Under the pieces are notes generated by a model. That model had not been told where the DNA came from, did no database searches, and worked only from the letters and a program-made list of their open reading frames with translations. Positions 18,901-28,967 of a stretch of DNA of 64,000 nt are shown here, piece after piece; within the stretch, counting starts at the first letter, position 1, and each line of letters starts with the position of its first letter. The position numbers were made by a program, and so were the translations under genes. This DNA is from a virus (lineage: Duplodnaviria; Caudoviricetes), in IMG/VR virus record IMGVR_UViG_3300031998_000025, positions 52,731-116,730 of that record. One strand, given 5' to 3'.

Positions 18901-20715
18901 GGGCTCGCCGGAGACTTCCCCGGTGCCTCCACAGGTGGCACACTCGTCGTACTTAGCCAGCCGACCGTACAGAGTACCGTCAGCCTCGACGCCGTCCCTT
19001 GATAGGGTGATGTTGTTCTCGGTGGACTCGTCCACCCCGGTGACCACGTCGGTGAACGGCCAGTCGAGCGGGAGTGCTGTCTTGCCGACCTCTACCTGCT
19101 CCGCGTCATGCTTCGTGCCGTAGCCGAAAGTGAGCCACCTGCCGCCCGGTTCCAGCCCTTCCTCGGGAATGCTCCCGTCATACGATGCAGTGTTGCACTT
19201 GCCGGTATACCCGGCGCCCAGTCCGAAACCGGGAATGTTCACCTGGCGGTTTCCCGCACCTCCCGAGATATCCACGTCGGCGCACGATGCGAACCACCTG
19301 GTAAAGGCGCCGGCACCGTCCAGCCTTCCCTCGGCAGAATACGGGTGCTTGCCGTGCCCGATTACCGGGCCGAGCTTCTCGCGCACCCAGTCGGAAACCT
19401 CCCGGTCGCTGTAGCCGTTGCTCGCGTAGCACTTGTTCTCGGTATACTTGATGTTGTAGATGTAAAGGTAGAAGTCGTTATATAGCTTCCCATCGCTCGG
19501 GTTCTCATACGAGAACGCGTCGGACATCTGATAGAACAGCGCATTCTCCTCCACTTCGCTGGGGAAGAGGTTTGCTGGCACAGAATGAGTAGAATCACAT
19601 GCTGCCGACTGGACCAAGGGATAGTGTTTTGGCGGAATATCGTGACTGTACAGTTCTATCAATTCTCCCGGTCCCCGCACCACACACATCTTCTTGTTGG
19701 CCCCGGAATTCTCCAGTGACGAAAGGTACGGACCCCATTCCCCGTGATGGTTGCATCTAGTGGAGAAAAGCGGATTCATCCCGGAAACAGCAACGTGGTC
19801 GAAGTGAAGGCCGGTGCAAACCATCTTCACGTGGTTGAAGTCGTCACCCGCCTGGCGGCCGTCATATGCACCGTCATACCTGAACTCATACGACCCTGCG
19901 CACGAGTTGTATATCGGTTCCACTGTACCGTCGGTATGCATCACGTTCAGGTAATTGTATGCACCGGAATCGTATGCTATCATCAGGTCGAAGGAACATT
20001 CCATTTCTACCGGGATAAGTTCCCCGTAGTTGAACAGCTTCCTGAACTCGTCCTCCACGTCGGTACCCGGAATAAATATACCGTTCTTCTGCGGGTCTTC
20101 GTTACCGCTTACACACAGGTACTTCTTGGTATTCTGGGTCATGGAGTTCTGTGTCATCTTCACGCATAGCAGCAGCTTGCCCGCACCCACTATGCCCGAG
20201 AAACTCCCACTGAAGCTTATGCGGATAACTGAACCGGATGCGGAATGAGCAATGGAAAACGAGCCGATTGCGCTTCCCCGGTCCATCGGGATTCCTGTAG
20301 ACGAATAGTCGTCCGAAGTCACGTTGCGGAAGTAGAACTCCTGGTTCTCGTTGTCAGGGACGGTCTCCTCCACGGTAACGACCAGGTAGTTCCCGTCCCT
20401 TGCCATGGAAAGCACCGGGAAGGCCACGGCATCCCCGGTAAACACGCTGTACTTCCCCTCGACCACGTAGGATTCCAGGTAGGCCTGTTCAGGCGTAAGC
20501 CCGTCGACCTTGTACGGCATGAAGCACTCGGTACTGTCATGCACTCCCAGTGCCTCCCCGTCCTTGTTCAGGAAACCCAGGGGGCTCACCGGGTGGATAC
20601 CGTGCTCGTCCGGGAGCATCTCCTCCGGCTTCAGGGGGACACCGGTCACGAAATCCCTTATGGTGGCTGCCTTGCCTTCCTCTTCCCTTACGATATACGG
20701 ATTCTGCTCGCTCAT
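15919..20715 (-). CDS. Large virion structural protein (about 1598 aa) with DnaJ-type Zn-finger motif
   Basis: Late motif at 20740-20749; start MSEQN; CATCGGTG..CPDCCGTG; acidic Gly/Ser/Asp-rich composition. Confidence 0.75.
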   Translation of the reverse strand: MSEQNPYIVREEEGKAATIRDFVTGVPLKPEEMLPDEHGIHPVSPLGFLNKDGEALGVHDSTECFMPYKVDGLTPEQAYLESYVVEGKYSVFTGDAVAFPVLSMARDGNYLVVTVEETVPDNENQEFYFRNVTSDDYSSTGIPMDRGSAIGSFSIAHSASGSVIRISFSGSFSGIVGAGKLLLCVKMTQNSMTQNTKKYLCVSGNEDPQKNGIFIPGTDVEDEFRKLFNYGELIPVEMECSFDLMIAYDSGAYNYLNVMHTDGTVEPIYNSCAGSYEFRYDGAYDGRQAGDDFNHVKMVCTGLHFDHVAVSGMNPLFSTRCNHHGEWGPYLSSLENSGANKKMCVVRGPGELIELYSHDIPPKHYPLVQSAACDSTHSVPANLFPSEVEENALFYQMSDAFSYENPSDGKLYNDFYLYIYNIKYTENKCYASNGYSDREVSDWVREKLGPVIGHGKHPYSAEGRLDGAGAFTRWFASCADVDISGGAGNRQVNIPGFGLGAGYTGKCNTASYDGSIPEEGLEPGGRWLTFGYGTKHDAEQVEVGKTALPLDWPFTDVVTGVDESTENNITLSRDGVEADGTLYGRLAKYDECATCGGTGEVSGEPCPDCCGTGYAKTGTLMNRVHVCLYNDFTPTDNKNGHVDGTTVLKKTFINLAAPIDTDDGDEFEVTVSLPNVNLPDAFPVPAEPTRPADGATAEEISAYETAYAAYETACRKNQSGYYSFVSQPRVYVISGAWKFSDSKVEVDNPVTDSSVEETATVTSFDIKDAFEGIPDGTRIRATIVSSGYPSEETTFTGELSDSTVTLDCGQEVTFRRGISYTICGAAYVEENNETLPDGSTPIGLNNARRSGEGGLGPDYGNGEGIQVYNRMYGVDDEGREQVITQSDKRQVVATVYPTVTNTFAWELSGRKTLNHLDSLMTMAAEDGASSIMSRIAWMNRQILAGHQAFVDAAGPDFALTPEEYPIDMSRVTAPDSSEGYSYIASVLQVAPAVAGDDGTVNAESNPVRQALRAVGMLAEDYRNARARTGELQLGQDDSFTAEPSPVTRDWAGMFSGSTYAISGSDEDEAARSIRLRNLAPVVSGTAAKDDLTPVSPLLDMHPYVWDDGTTRTVSEFHAGNPYGYGEYASTDAVQEAPCDFVNDTYGKAYVGNSFAMACLARHPSWLDDADSRDDLLRAVEIAAVDLGQEVLSAYMEGTSPSWMQPFNAFGSLVSPDNIPVPAAGATSCDSDDDAATWYGVDAYNYYSILKGDTGSNWGLIATEMGDTEPGLSEISAFLANYVPSYGADLPVRNWDSFRVRVKRTDQVTTDPVYLARMKWYGNSCGDSFRGRYVADAFIGSDGYEDVNLNTVKMTEVARNSGATPYALGGSFDPTRGDAVEPFSTESDKGSVAYIRMFMKFTFSADAGRWYCTDYRQAPVSYLSPLYGAQSLEEEIDGKRIWTEPACPVFGWKEATRHTYGEYMPMDINPVLVEEVMTESNGMTRLMQPANAVDYGGLGLSAPYNKSGNTWLSPADRQCANFWSVRENLRPATGVLTGTYVPSYSQSGSTKTYGESGGIMSDAVLWGQYDYPAKGAPEYHLPDTEVPEVDHTQDDLPAT

Positions 20716-20747
20716 AATAACCGGTTTCCTCGTTTTCCGCAGTTTAT

Positions 20748-22064
20748 AAGACCGCGCCGTGAAAACTGCCACCCAGCGCCGCTAGGCGCTGGGGAACCCT
20801 TCAGGGTGGCAGATGAAAGGTGCGTCCCCTTGACTATACTACAGAAATTAACTATATAAACTATATAAAAAGTAACCGTACTGAGCCATGTTCCAGCGAG
20901 CCTACACAGTCAGACTGTATCCTAACAAGCAGCAGGAAGTCTTGCTGAGCAAGACTTTCGGCTGCTGCCGCAAGGTGTACAACTGCATGCTGGAAGCCCG
21001 CAAGAAGTCGTACGAGGCGACCGGCACCTCGTGCCGGTCGAAGCCGAGCGACTTCTACGCGGAATTCCCCTTCCTGAAGGAAGTCGACTCGAACGCCCTG
21101 ACTGCCGAAGTGCTTACCCTGAATGCCGCGTTCAAGAACTTCTTCGAGCGGAACGCCGACGGCGTCGGCTTTCCGCAGTTCAAGGCGAAGCACCGTGACA
21201 GGGACTCGTATACCAGCTACACGACCAAGGACAATATCCGAGTCGAGGGAAGGAAACTCCGCCTACCGAAGGTAGGCTTCGTTTCCTTCCGCAACTACGA
21301 GGACCTTGACTGGTCAAGCAGGAACATCAGGCACGTGACCGTGAACCGGTCACGCGCCGGACGGTACTACGCCTCCATCATGGTCGAGGAGGCGGTGCCG
21401 AAGGCACTGCCGATTACAGAAGCCGAGGTCGGCATCGACCTCGGACTGACTGAATTCTGCGCGACGAGCGACGGCAAAGTCGTCGCGAACCCGCGCTTCC
21501 TCAAGGAGGCCGAGGGCCGCATCGCGGCCCTCCAGCGCGCCTTCGCCAGGAAGCAGAAGGGTTCGAAAAGGCGCGAGGCGCTGCGCGTGCGCATCGCCCG
21601 CGAACACGAGAAGGTTGCCAACCGAAGGAAGGACTTCCTTGACAAGCTGTCCACGAGACTGCTCCGCGAGAACCAAACGGTAGTGGTCGAGGACCTGGAC
21701 GTACGCGAGGTCGCCGAGGGCGACCACGCGAAGTCCGAGCACGACACGGCCTGGAGGATTTTCCTGAACATGTTGCAGTACAAAGCGGACTGGTACGGAC
21801 GGACCATCGTCCGTGTCGGACGATGGTTCCCTTCGTCCCAGTTATGCAGCGTATGCAACTACAGGAACCCGTCGGTCAAGGACTTGACCGTACGCTCGTG
21901 GACGTGCCCGCTTTGCGGCACGCCGCACGAGCGTGACGTCAACGCCGCTGTCAACATCCTTGCCGAAGGCAAACGTTTAATCGCCGCAGGAACTGCGGTT
22001 CAAGGCGCGGGAGCCCCCAGGGGCGAACGCGAAGCTGCCGCCCTTTAGGGCGGCGGTAGTTCAC
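20748..22064 (+). mobile_element. IS200/IS605-family non-autonomous (tnpB-only) element
   Basis: Left hairpin TGCCACCC..GGGTGGCA; right end GCTGCCGCCCTTTAGGGCGGCGGTAGTTCAC; no tnpA. Confidence 0.85.
20888..22048 (+). CDS. tnpB: TnpB RNA-guided endonuclease (IS605 OrfB)
   Basis: [44 protein letters not shown]. Confidence 0.95.
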   Translation: MFQRAYTVRLYPNKQQEVLLSKTFGCCRKVYNCMLEARKKSYEATGTSCRSKPSDFYAEFPFLKEVDSNALTAEVLTLNAAFKNFFERNADGVGFPQFKAKHRDRDSYTSYTTKDNIRVEGRKLRLPKVGFVSFRNYEDLDWSSRNIRHVTVNRSRAGRYYASIMVEEAVPKALPITEAEVGIDLGLTEFCATSDGKVVANPRFLKEAEGRIAALQRAFARKQKGSKRREALRVRIAREHEKVANRRKDFLDKLSTRLLRENQTVVVEDLDVREVAEGDHAKSEHDTAWRIFLNMLQYKADWYGRTIVRVGRWFPSSQLCSVCNYRNPSVKDLTVRSWTCPLCGTPHERDVNAAVNILAEGKRLIAAGTAVQGAGAPRGEREAAAL

Positions 22065-22081
22065 CTATTTCAACCCTATAC

Positions 22082-22108
22082 AAAAACGGGCGGCTCGCGC
22101 CACCCGTA
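22082..22108 (-). terminator. Intrinsic terminator
   Basis: ACGGGTGGCG..CGCCCGT followed by TTTT on the minus strand. Confidence 0.55.
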
Positions 22109-22127
22109 AAACTACTTTCTGTGCCGG

Positions 22128-23915
22128 CTATTCACCGGGAGGTTCCTCGGCAGGTTCCTCCGACGGTTCAACCACAGGTTCATCCTCCTCGATGCGGTTC
22201 AGGCGGATACGGGTAAGGTCCATTCCGCCGAACGGGTCCTGCATGAGCGGGAATCCGGCAGTCTCCAGCCCGGTATAGGTACCGTCTTCCGCATAGAGCC
22301 TGAGCGACGGGTCCACGAAGCCCTTCGGCGCGAGGAACACGTGGTCCGGAATCTGGTAGTAGTCGTAGGTCTTCCACTCGCCATGCGTAGCGGAATAGAT
22401 GAACTTCGCCTTGTAGAACACCGGGCGGTTCGGGATGGCCACGTTCTCCGCCCACACGTAGAAGTTGGTGACACGCGCCATGCTGAACTTGGCGATAACC
22501 TTTCCCCCAGCTAAGTTGTCGGTGCTGGGAAGGCTGTAAACGTAAATCTGCGCCTTGTTCACGATGAGGTCGGCACTCTCCCTGCCGTTCAGCTTGGTGT
22601 TCGGCCAAATCCTGAACATGAACTCGATAATAGCACCGTCCTTCGGCGAAACGGTATCGCCGCCGTCAACGTTGTCGTTCTCCGGGAGGTAGATGCACAG
22701 GCCCCTGTCCAGGTCCGGCCCGTCGTAATTCACTATGTTGGTGACCTTGGTTGCTGCGTCAGAGAAGTGGAACACCATCTTCGCCGCGTAGTCGTCCTCG
22801 TAGCCGTACACACGGCCTTCCTGCCATACGGTGGCCCCGCTGTCCGGCCACAGCGCATAGTTCGCCGTGTCGAACACCTTCAGTCCCTTGTGTGCCTCCG
22901 CCGGTGGCAGCCGGTAGGAAACGTTGGCCTTCACGTAGACGCTTCCGTAGCCGTATCCGGTAGTGACACAGCGCATGATGAACCCGCGCAGGTCGGTCTC
23001 CGGGGTATACCTTACCACCGTAGATTCTTCGACAGTGGACACCGGTACCAGGGCGACCGGGCCGTACCACGGATTATCCGCGAGCGAGTCGGTTATACCG
23101 GTATTCGGGTATGGACCGGCCGAGGTAAGAGCCTTCGTTGCACCACGATAGATGTATACCGCGCTGTTCCCGGACCCGTCCGTGTACACGTACGCCTGGC
23201 CGTGCCTTACCTGTTCGCCTACAGCAAGGTCGTTCAGGTACGGACCGAGCTCCTCCCATTCGTTCGACCGCTGGGGATTGTCCCTGCCGTTGCTCCCGAC
23301 AAGCAGGTATGCCGTCCTGGAAGAATCCTGGTTCCCGTACAGTGCCACAGTCCCCTTCGGGTACTGGATGTTCGCCTGCCACTGGGTCAGCACCTGCTGC
23401 GGCATCGAGGCAAGGCTGTCGTCCTTGGCTACGGCCGAGGTAACAATATACACATCGCCATCATTTTTGAAGTAGTCTCCGGCAGAGTACGCTCTTGATG
23501 CATGGGCGATGTCATCCTCTGCATGTATGGCGACGTCCCCGTACAGCTTCCACAGGTAGCCCCGGGAGTCGCTCACGGAAAGCCTTAGGATTGCCTCGTC
23601 GGAGAACTGCGCGTTACCGCCGGGAGTAACCGGGAGGGTGATGCGGTCGTCAACATCGAAGCAACCGGGAGATGCTGTGTCGTACGATATGAACAGCGAG
23701 TAGTCGTTGGCGTAGGCCTTCCTGGTTGGGAAGGTATAGTCAACGAATCCCGGGTCGGTATCGGTGGCCAGCCTGACGGTGACCGTTTTGCTGTCGCTGG
23801 CATTCCATGCGACCAGGCCGTTGAGTATTGACTCGTAGTTGAACCTGGTCTTCGCCAGGTCCGAAGTGATATGTTCCAGCGGGTTGATGTCCCGGATGTT
23901 AACTGTACTTGCCAT
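22128..23915 (-). CDS. Virion/tail structural protein with CBM5/12-like repeats
   Basis: WQANIQYPKGTVALY and AYSAGDYFKNDGDVY motifs; in the tail operon. Confidence 0.65.
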   Translation of the reverse strand: MASTVNIRDINPLEHITSDLAKTRFNYESILNGLVAWNASDSKTVTVRLATDTDPGFVDYTFPTRKAYANDYSLFISYDTASPGCFDVDDRITLPVTPGGNAQFSDEAILRLSVSDSRGYLWKLYGDVAIHAEDDIAHASRAYSAGDYFKNDGDVYIVTSAVAKDDSLASMPQQVLTQWQANIQYPKGTVALYGNQDSSRTAYLLVGSNGRDNPQRSNEWEELGPYLNDLAVGEQVRHGQAYVYTDGSGNSAVYIYRGATKALTSAGPYPNTGITDSLADNPWYGPVALVPVSTVEESTVVRYTPETDLRGFIMRCVTTGYGYGSVYVKANVSYRLPPAEAHKGLKVFDTANYALWPDSGATVWQEGRVYGYEDDYAAKMVFHFSDAATKVTNIVNYDGPDLDRGLCIYLPENDNVDGGDTVSPKDGAIIEFMFRIWPNTKLNGRESADLIVNKAQIYVYSLPSTDNLAGGKVIAKFSMARVTNFYVWAENVAIPNRPVFYKAKFIYSATHGEWKTYDYYQIPDHVFLAPKGFVDPSLRLYAEDGTYTGLETAGFPLMQDPFGGMDLTRIRLNRIEEDEPVVEPSEEPAEEPPGE

Positions 23916-23924
23916 ATTTTACCA

Positions 23925-26900
23925 TTACCGATTTATTAGATAGCGCATATCGTATGGTTCAGTCTCACTAATCAAATCCTGATAAGTCGGATGTTTCCCG
24001 CTCGTTTTAGATGCAATCATGCTATCTATCCATTTACTATTTGTGCTGAGCCCGCAACAATCCAACGTCGCCACCAGCGGTGTAATACCACTTATATTAA
24101 CATGGTACCTACGATTATTTACCCAAATAGAATCCACCGAGGATAGATTTACGATAAGCAAACCATCACCTAGTAAAACCGCCCGGCATTCTTTAGCATC
24201 ATTAGCATTAGCTCGATATACAGTCCCTGTCAATTGTGTATAATGCAGAGTATCCAGAAAACTAGTTGGATATCCATCATGCTCTGATGTCGCGCAACCA
24301 AGCATAAAGGGGAACGTTATATCATCAAACCCGCCAGTACCGGCATTATTTATAGGAACTATATCAAATGATACGGTCACTTGTTGGCCAGTCAATTGAT
24401 ACCTAATATGACTTATACGGAAATAATCAGTTCCGTTAGTTTCAATATCAAATGAATCAACTAAAGTTGCTTCATTGCTGTTATATGCAATATTCACGTT
24501 AGCAGCAGGATTACTCCCTACATATACCGGCAATTGTACGATACTGCCAGAAACACTAGGATATGTCCACGTAGTATCCGTATTGCTAACAAACCCGAAT
24601 GCGCCGGCCTTGCCATACGATATCCTAGTCAACCCGGAAATGTCGTCAACATAGGCAAGTTCCTTAGTATACCGTACCTCAGGGGATTCATTGCTGTTGC
24701 CTATTCCATGATAGACTGTAGACGATACGACCGGCCTGATAGCCTTGCCAACCTGTTCCGCATCGGGTATGGCGATAGTTACGCTGTTGTAGGTCTCGCT
24801 TCCAATGAGTGCCGTACTGTTGATGATATGCGCACTGGTCACCCCATAATTCCACTTCTCCGTACCGAGCAGCTTTAAGGAATCGGCATCCAGCTTCCCG
24901 TAGTAGAAGCCGCTATGTCCGGTGGTCTCGCCCCAGAGGATATCGTCGAGCTTCCCGGTCCTCCCGGTGCCTCCCGGTGCCTGCTTCAGGACGAACGAGG
25001 TTGCCTTGTCGGTTGCGGTCAGGGCACCGAAAGTGTTGCCCTCGAGCATGAGTCCGTTGAACGTCTGGGTGATGTAGCTGTTGGACCAGAGGTGGATTCC
25101 GCGGCTGTCGCCCACGGAACGGAGCTCGATGCCTCCGGCTGCATAGACCGCGACGTCGTGGTCATCCACGGTACCGCCGACAATCCTGGATTCGCCGATA
25201 AGGGTGTCAATCAGGCTGGACTGCTCGGAGGTGCCCGCCTTGATGTAGGAACCGCTGGAAACTACCGCAGTACCCTGGAGGCTGCTGAACACGGCGCTGA
25301 CCATTCCCGCACCGGAATACGAGCCGGCGGCATTGGCTGTACCAATCCTTGCAATCTCGTCGGTATCCCTGGTAATCATCATGCTGCGGTTCTCGGTAAC
25401 CTGCAGCCTGCTGTGGTGCGCCGTGTCGGCACCGCCGCGAACGGTAGCACCCTCGAACATGTGGTACCCGCCGTCCCAGTCGGAACTGCTGTCCTTGACC
25501 GACACGGAGAAGCCGGCTGCACCGTCAAACAGCTTGAAGTAGCCGTACTGCGGGGCGACAAGCATTCCGTTCGCCCTGGATACCGGCATGCCGGTCTCGG
25601 AATCGACGGTGTTGCCCTGCGTGGCGCTCCCGGTACCTACGATGAACCTCGCGAGGTAGTCCGGGAGATTGCTGGAGCCTACTACGGTCTGGCACCCACC
25701 ATGGGCCAGCGTATTGAAGTTGAGCGCAGTCGATGCGGTACCCAGGTTAATATTGACGTTCGTGGCGGTCGCCATTCCGGCACCGTAGTCCATTGCGACG
25801 GTCCTTGCCACCGCCTGGATATAGCCGCCACCCAGTTCGGACATCAGGTAGTTCACCGGAATCGGGTCTTCTATCCTGACCTCGTAGGTCACCGTATGGT
25901 ACTGGGGGTCCTCCACCGGTTCGGAAACGCTCGCCACCTTGGTGGTAAACAGCGGATATGCATAGCCGCCGTCATCGTACGGATTGACCTTCGCGCCGTC
26001 CTTCATGCCGTATACCCCGAAGATGGAAACTCGGTCGCCGACCCTGAGGTCGAACGGGAGCATCTGCACCCAGCGGCTAATCTTCACCTTGAGCACGGTA
26101 TAGTTGGCGTTGGAGGTCTGCGCCTCCTCGGTAAGGTAGCAGTCGCCGGAGGTAGCCGGGCTGCCGTTTCCGGTACATACGACGCTGCCGCCGGATACCT
26201 TGACTGCGCTGACAGGGTCTACCGTGAACCGGTACGGGTATCCGCCAGTTACTGTACTGTCGTTGGCCGCAAGAGAACGTATGCCACCCGACACCGTGCC
26301 TGAATTGAATGAGGAGGAAGTGTTGCCGGGCGCCATCGTGTAGCTGCCGGTGGCAAGGGAAGATTCCGCGTAGGCGATTGAGTTATGCCCGCCTATCGCG
26401 GCGGAGTTGCGCGCCAGGGCCAGCATGCGTTCGCCCATAGCAAGAGACCTGGTGGCGAGGGCATACGACTCGTCGCCCCAGCTGAAGGTATAATAGGAAT
26501 TCCTGTAATTGGTAAGCTTCGGCTCGGCGTTGGAGACGTTGCCCATGGTGATGTGGCTGGCACCCACCTTGAAGAAGTCGGTAACGTCGATTTCCCAGTT
26601 CTTTCCACCCGCGACGTAGTCCTCCCCGTTACCCGGTGTACCGAGGATTTCAGTGCGGCGGTAGCCGAGGGGGAACAGGTATGTCTCGTACTGGCTGAAC
26701 GACTTGACCGAGAGGTTCTCGTCGTACAGGGGAGTACGGAGATTGATTGGGATGGGGGCAGTAGATACCACTGCCTTTCCGGAAGCGGCTTCCTTAATCT
26801 TTGTAGTCCAGTACCCGGCATCGGTGGTATCCTTGTTGGAGGAGTCCATGTAGAGAATCATGGAATGCTTCACCACGGCGTCCGTAGCCAGGGTAGACCC

Positions 26901-27176
26901 GTCGTCCCTTCCCCTGCGCCAGCGGGTGTCCGCGTGGGCGAGGAGCCGGTCAAACTCTCCATCGGAGGGGAAGCCGGCCTGTTCCCAGGTATTGTAGAAG
27001 TCGTACAGCCTGTAGATGTCCGCACGGGCCATCGAGATGGTATGGTCGAACTTCGTGACCTTGTACCCGCTCGAAGAGCCGGTCGCGATGCAGGAGCGGA
27101 TTAGGGCGTTGAGCACCTGCTGCGAGTTCGCCGTCAGGGCGTCGATGCGTTTGACCAAGTCGTAAAGGGTGTTCAT
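23925..27176 (-). CDS. Tail fibre-like protein with YadA-head-like repeats
   Basis: SLAMG/SAAIG/SLATG repeats; low-GC C-terminal tip; late motif at 27205-27213. Confidence 0.7.
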   Translation of the reverse strand: MNTLYDLVKRIDALTANSQQVLNALIRSCIATGSSSGYKVTKFDHTISMARADIYRLYDFYNTWEQAGFPSDGEFDRLLAHADTRWRRGRDDGSTLATDAVVKHSMILYMDSSNKDTTDAGYWTTKIKEAASGKAVVSTAPIPINLRTPLYDENLSVKSFSQYETYLFPLGYRRTEILGTPGNGEDYVAGGKNWEIDVTDFFKVGASHITMGNVSNAEPKLTNYRNSYYTFSWGDESYALATRSLAMGERMLALARNSAAIGGHNSIAYAESSLATGSYTMAPGNTSSSFNSGTVSGGIRSLAANDSTVTGGYPYRFTVDPVSAVKVSGGSVVCTGNGSPATSGDCYLTEEAQTSNANYTVLKVKISRWVQMLPFDLRVGDRVSIFGVYGMKDGAKVNPYDDGGYAYPLFTTKVASVSEPVEDPQYHTVTYEVRIEDPIPVNYLMSELGGGYIQAVARTVAMDYGAGMATATNVNINLGTASTALNFNTLAHGGCQTVVGSSNLPDYLARFIVGTGSATQGNTVDSETGMPVSRANGMLVAPQYGYFKLFDGAAGFSVSVKDSSSDWDGGYHMFEGATVRGGADTAHHSRLQVTENRSMMITRDTDEIARIGTANAAGSYSGAGMVSAVFSSLQGTAVVSSGSYIKAGTSEQSSLIDTLIGESRIVGGTVDDHDVAVYAAGGIELRSVGDSRGIHLWSNSYITQTFNGLMLEGNTFGALTATDKATSFVLKQAPGGTGRTGKLDDILWGETTGHSGFYYGKLDADSLKLLGTEKWNYGVTSAHIINSTALIGSETYNSVTIAIPDAEQVGKAIRPVVSSTVYHGIGNSNESPEVRYTKELAYVDDISGLTRISYGKAGAFGFVSNTDTTWTYPSVSGSIVQLPVYVGSNPAANVNIAYNSNEATLVDSFDIETNGTDYFRISHIRYQLTGQQVTVSFDIVPINNAGTGGFDDITFPFMLGCATSEHDGYPTSFLDTLHYTQLTGTVYRANANDAKECRAVLLGDGLLIVNLSSVDSIWVNNRRYHVNISGITPLVATLDCCGLSTNSKWIDSMIASKTSGKHPTYQDLISETEPYDMRYLINR

Positions 27177-27231
27177 GCGGTATACCTTGGGCTATAATTT
27201 TCCAGTAGTTTATCTTCCACGACGCAAAATG

Positions 27232-27253
27232 AAAAGGGGCCCTGGCGGCCCCT
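27232..27253 (-). terminator. Intrinsic terminator
   Basis: GGGGCC-GCCAG-GGCCCC-TTTT on the minus strand. Confidence 0.65.
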
Positions 27254-27256
27254 CAG

Positions 27257-28399
27257 CTAGATGAAGGCGTCGTATCCGGGGACCGTGGTACCGAAGTTCA
27301 TCTGGGTAGGCATCCCGTCATACCCGCCGTAACCATATGCGCTGTCGATGGAATCCGGCTGGAGCGGGTCTATATCCAGCAACTGGGAGGAAGCCTCCCT
27401 CTGCAGTTCCTCCTTCACCATGAAGATGATGGAGCGGATTTCATCCTTGCTGTAGATTTTCGGGTTCAGCCACAGGTTGTGCTGTTTCGGTGCCTTGATT
27501 ATCATCAGTTTCTCGAGGGACTTCATCGCGTAGGTGAGGTCACCAATCTCGTAGTTGTACCTGGCACGATAGTAATACCCCTCGCCTCGGGTCGGAAACT
27601 CCTCGATGAGCTGAAGGGAACGGTATCCCAGTTCCTCCAGGTCGGTACGGGTGGCCACAATCATGGCGCAAATCTGCTCCAGCGACTTCAGCCGGTCCTC
27701 GTTGTGCTCGTCGGGAAACTCGTCGGCAGCCACGCTGTACCACTCGTAAGCATGGGCGTAGTCGTGGAGGTCGAAGTAGGAGTTGCCGAAGTAGAACGCT
27801 GTCCTCTGGGTACGCTCCTGCTTCCAGGACTTCTCCAGCCCGGCAATGTTGCGAACGATGTCCCTGCTGGACTTGTAGTTCTCGAACACCAGCTTGGTAT
27901 GGATTGTCGGGGCGTCCTTGTCGGTATTCACCACCATCTCGTGGATGATACCCTTGAATTTCGCGGTAGCTCTCGGGAGGATACGGAGTCTCGGGAACGA
28001 ATGCGTCGGGGTTACCTTGGTCAGCATGCTGATACCGGCCGTCGGGTACTTGGCGACGATGTTCTGGAACAGCGTTCGGGCACGCTTACCGTCTTGCAAG
28101 ATGTCGTTCACGTCCGCCCACATGACATACTGGCAGGTAGCCTTCGATATGGCATAGTCCTTAGCGGCTCCGAAGTCGAACACGCCGTCCTCGTCGTGGA
28201 ACTTCTTTCCCACCAGTTCCAGGACCACCCTCTGCTTCGGATGGCGTTTCTGCCAGTCCGCAATGAGTTCAAGAGTACCGTCGGTAGAACCGGTGTCTAT
28301 GATGACATACTCGTTTGCCATCGGCAACAACGCATCGAGGCACCTGAGTATGCTTCCCTTGCCATTCTTCACGACAATGCATGCACTGAGTGTAGCCAT
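27257..28399 (-). CDS. Glycosyltransferase family 2 with TPR-like C-terminus
   Basis: LSACIVVKN, IIDTGSTDGT, FDFGAAK, F.G.IHE; helical repeats. Confidence 0.88.
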   Translation of the reverse strand: MATLSACIVVKNGKGSILRCLDALLPMANEYVIIDTGSTDGTLELIADWQKRHPKQRVVLELVGKKFHDEDGVFDFGAAKDYAISKATCQYVMWADVNDILQDGKRARTLFQNIVAKYPTAGISMLTKVTPTHSFPRLRILPRATAKFKGIIHEMVVNTDKDAPTIHTKLVFENYKSSRDIVRNIAGLEKSWKQERTQRTAFYFGNSYFDLHDYAHAYEWYSVAADEFPDEHNEDRLKSLEQICAMIVATRTDLEELGYRSLQLIEEFPTRGEGYYYRARYNYEIGDLTYAMKSLEKLMIIKAPKQHNLWLNPKIYSKDEIRSIIFMVKEELQREASSQLLDIDPLQPDSIDSAYGYGGYDGMPTQMNFGTTVPGYDAFI

Positions 28400-28401
28400 G
28401 G

Positions 28402-28899
28402 TTATGCCTCCGGCTCGCGGATGATGCCTTCACCGTCATTGAAGAGGACCGTCCATACACGCCAGCCTTCCGGGTCCTTGAGCGTAATCTCGTCCGGGGA
28501 GATTGTATAGAGGTCCACCTCGACCTCCTCGGCAAGCAGCTTGCGGCGTTCGATTTCTACCGCGTTCTCCTTCTCGCGCACATCCTTGAACTCCTCGTCA
28601 AGGTCGGCGGACTTCTTCAGGAGCTCGGTGCGTTCCTCCTCCGGGAGGTTGGCCAGGTCGGCCTCCACCCTGACATTTGCCGCGGCAAACAACTGGTTGT
28701 GACGCTGCACGTACTCGTCCCACTTCGGGTCGGACGGGAACGCCTGCATGAACCCGTCATAGTAAGTCTTGGCAGTCTTGCAGTTCATGGAAATCTTGTA
28801 TCCGAGCGAACCGGTCACCAGCCCGGCAAACACTAGGTCCGGGCGGGAAAGGATGTTGGCCAGGTCGATAAGGTACTGGTGCTTGACTTTCATCTTCAT
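28402..28899 (-). CDS. Hypothetical protein
   Basis: RBS AGGAGAGG within a hairpin. Confidence 0.7.
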   Translation of the reverse strand: MKMKVKHQYLIDLANILSRPDLVFAGLVTGSLGYKISMNCKTAKTYYDGFMQAFPSDPKWDEYVQRHNQLFAAANVRVEADLANLPEEERTELLKKSADLDEEFKDVREKENAVEIERRKLLAEEVEVDLYTISPDEITLKDPEGWRVWTVLFNDGEGIIREPEA

Positions 28900-28967
28900 A
28901 TAAAAATCCTCTCCTAGAAAGGTTTTCCAGGAGAGGAAACTATATCATTCCGCCTAAGTACTGGCGA

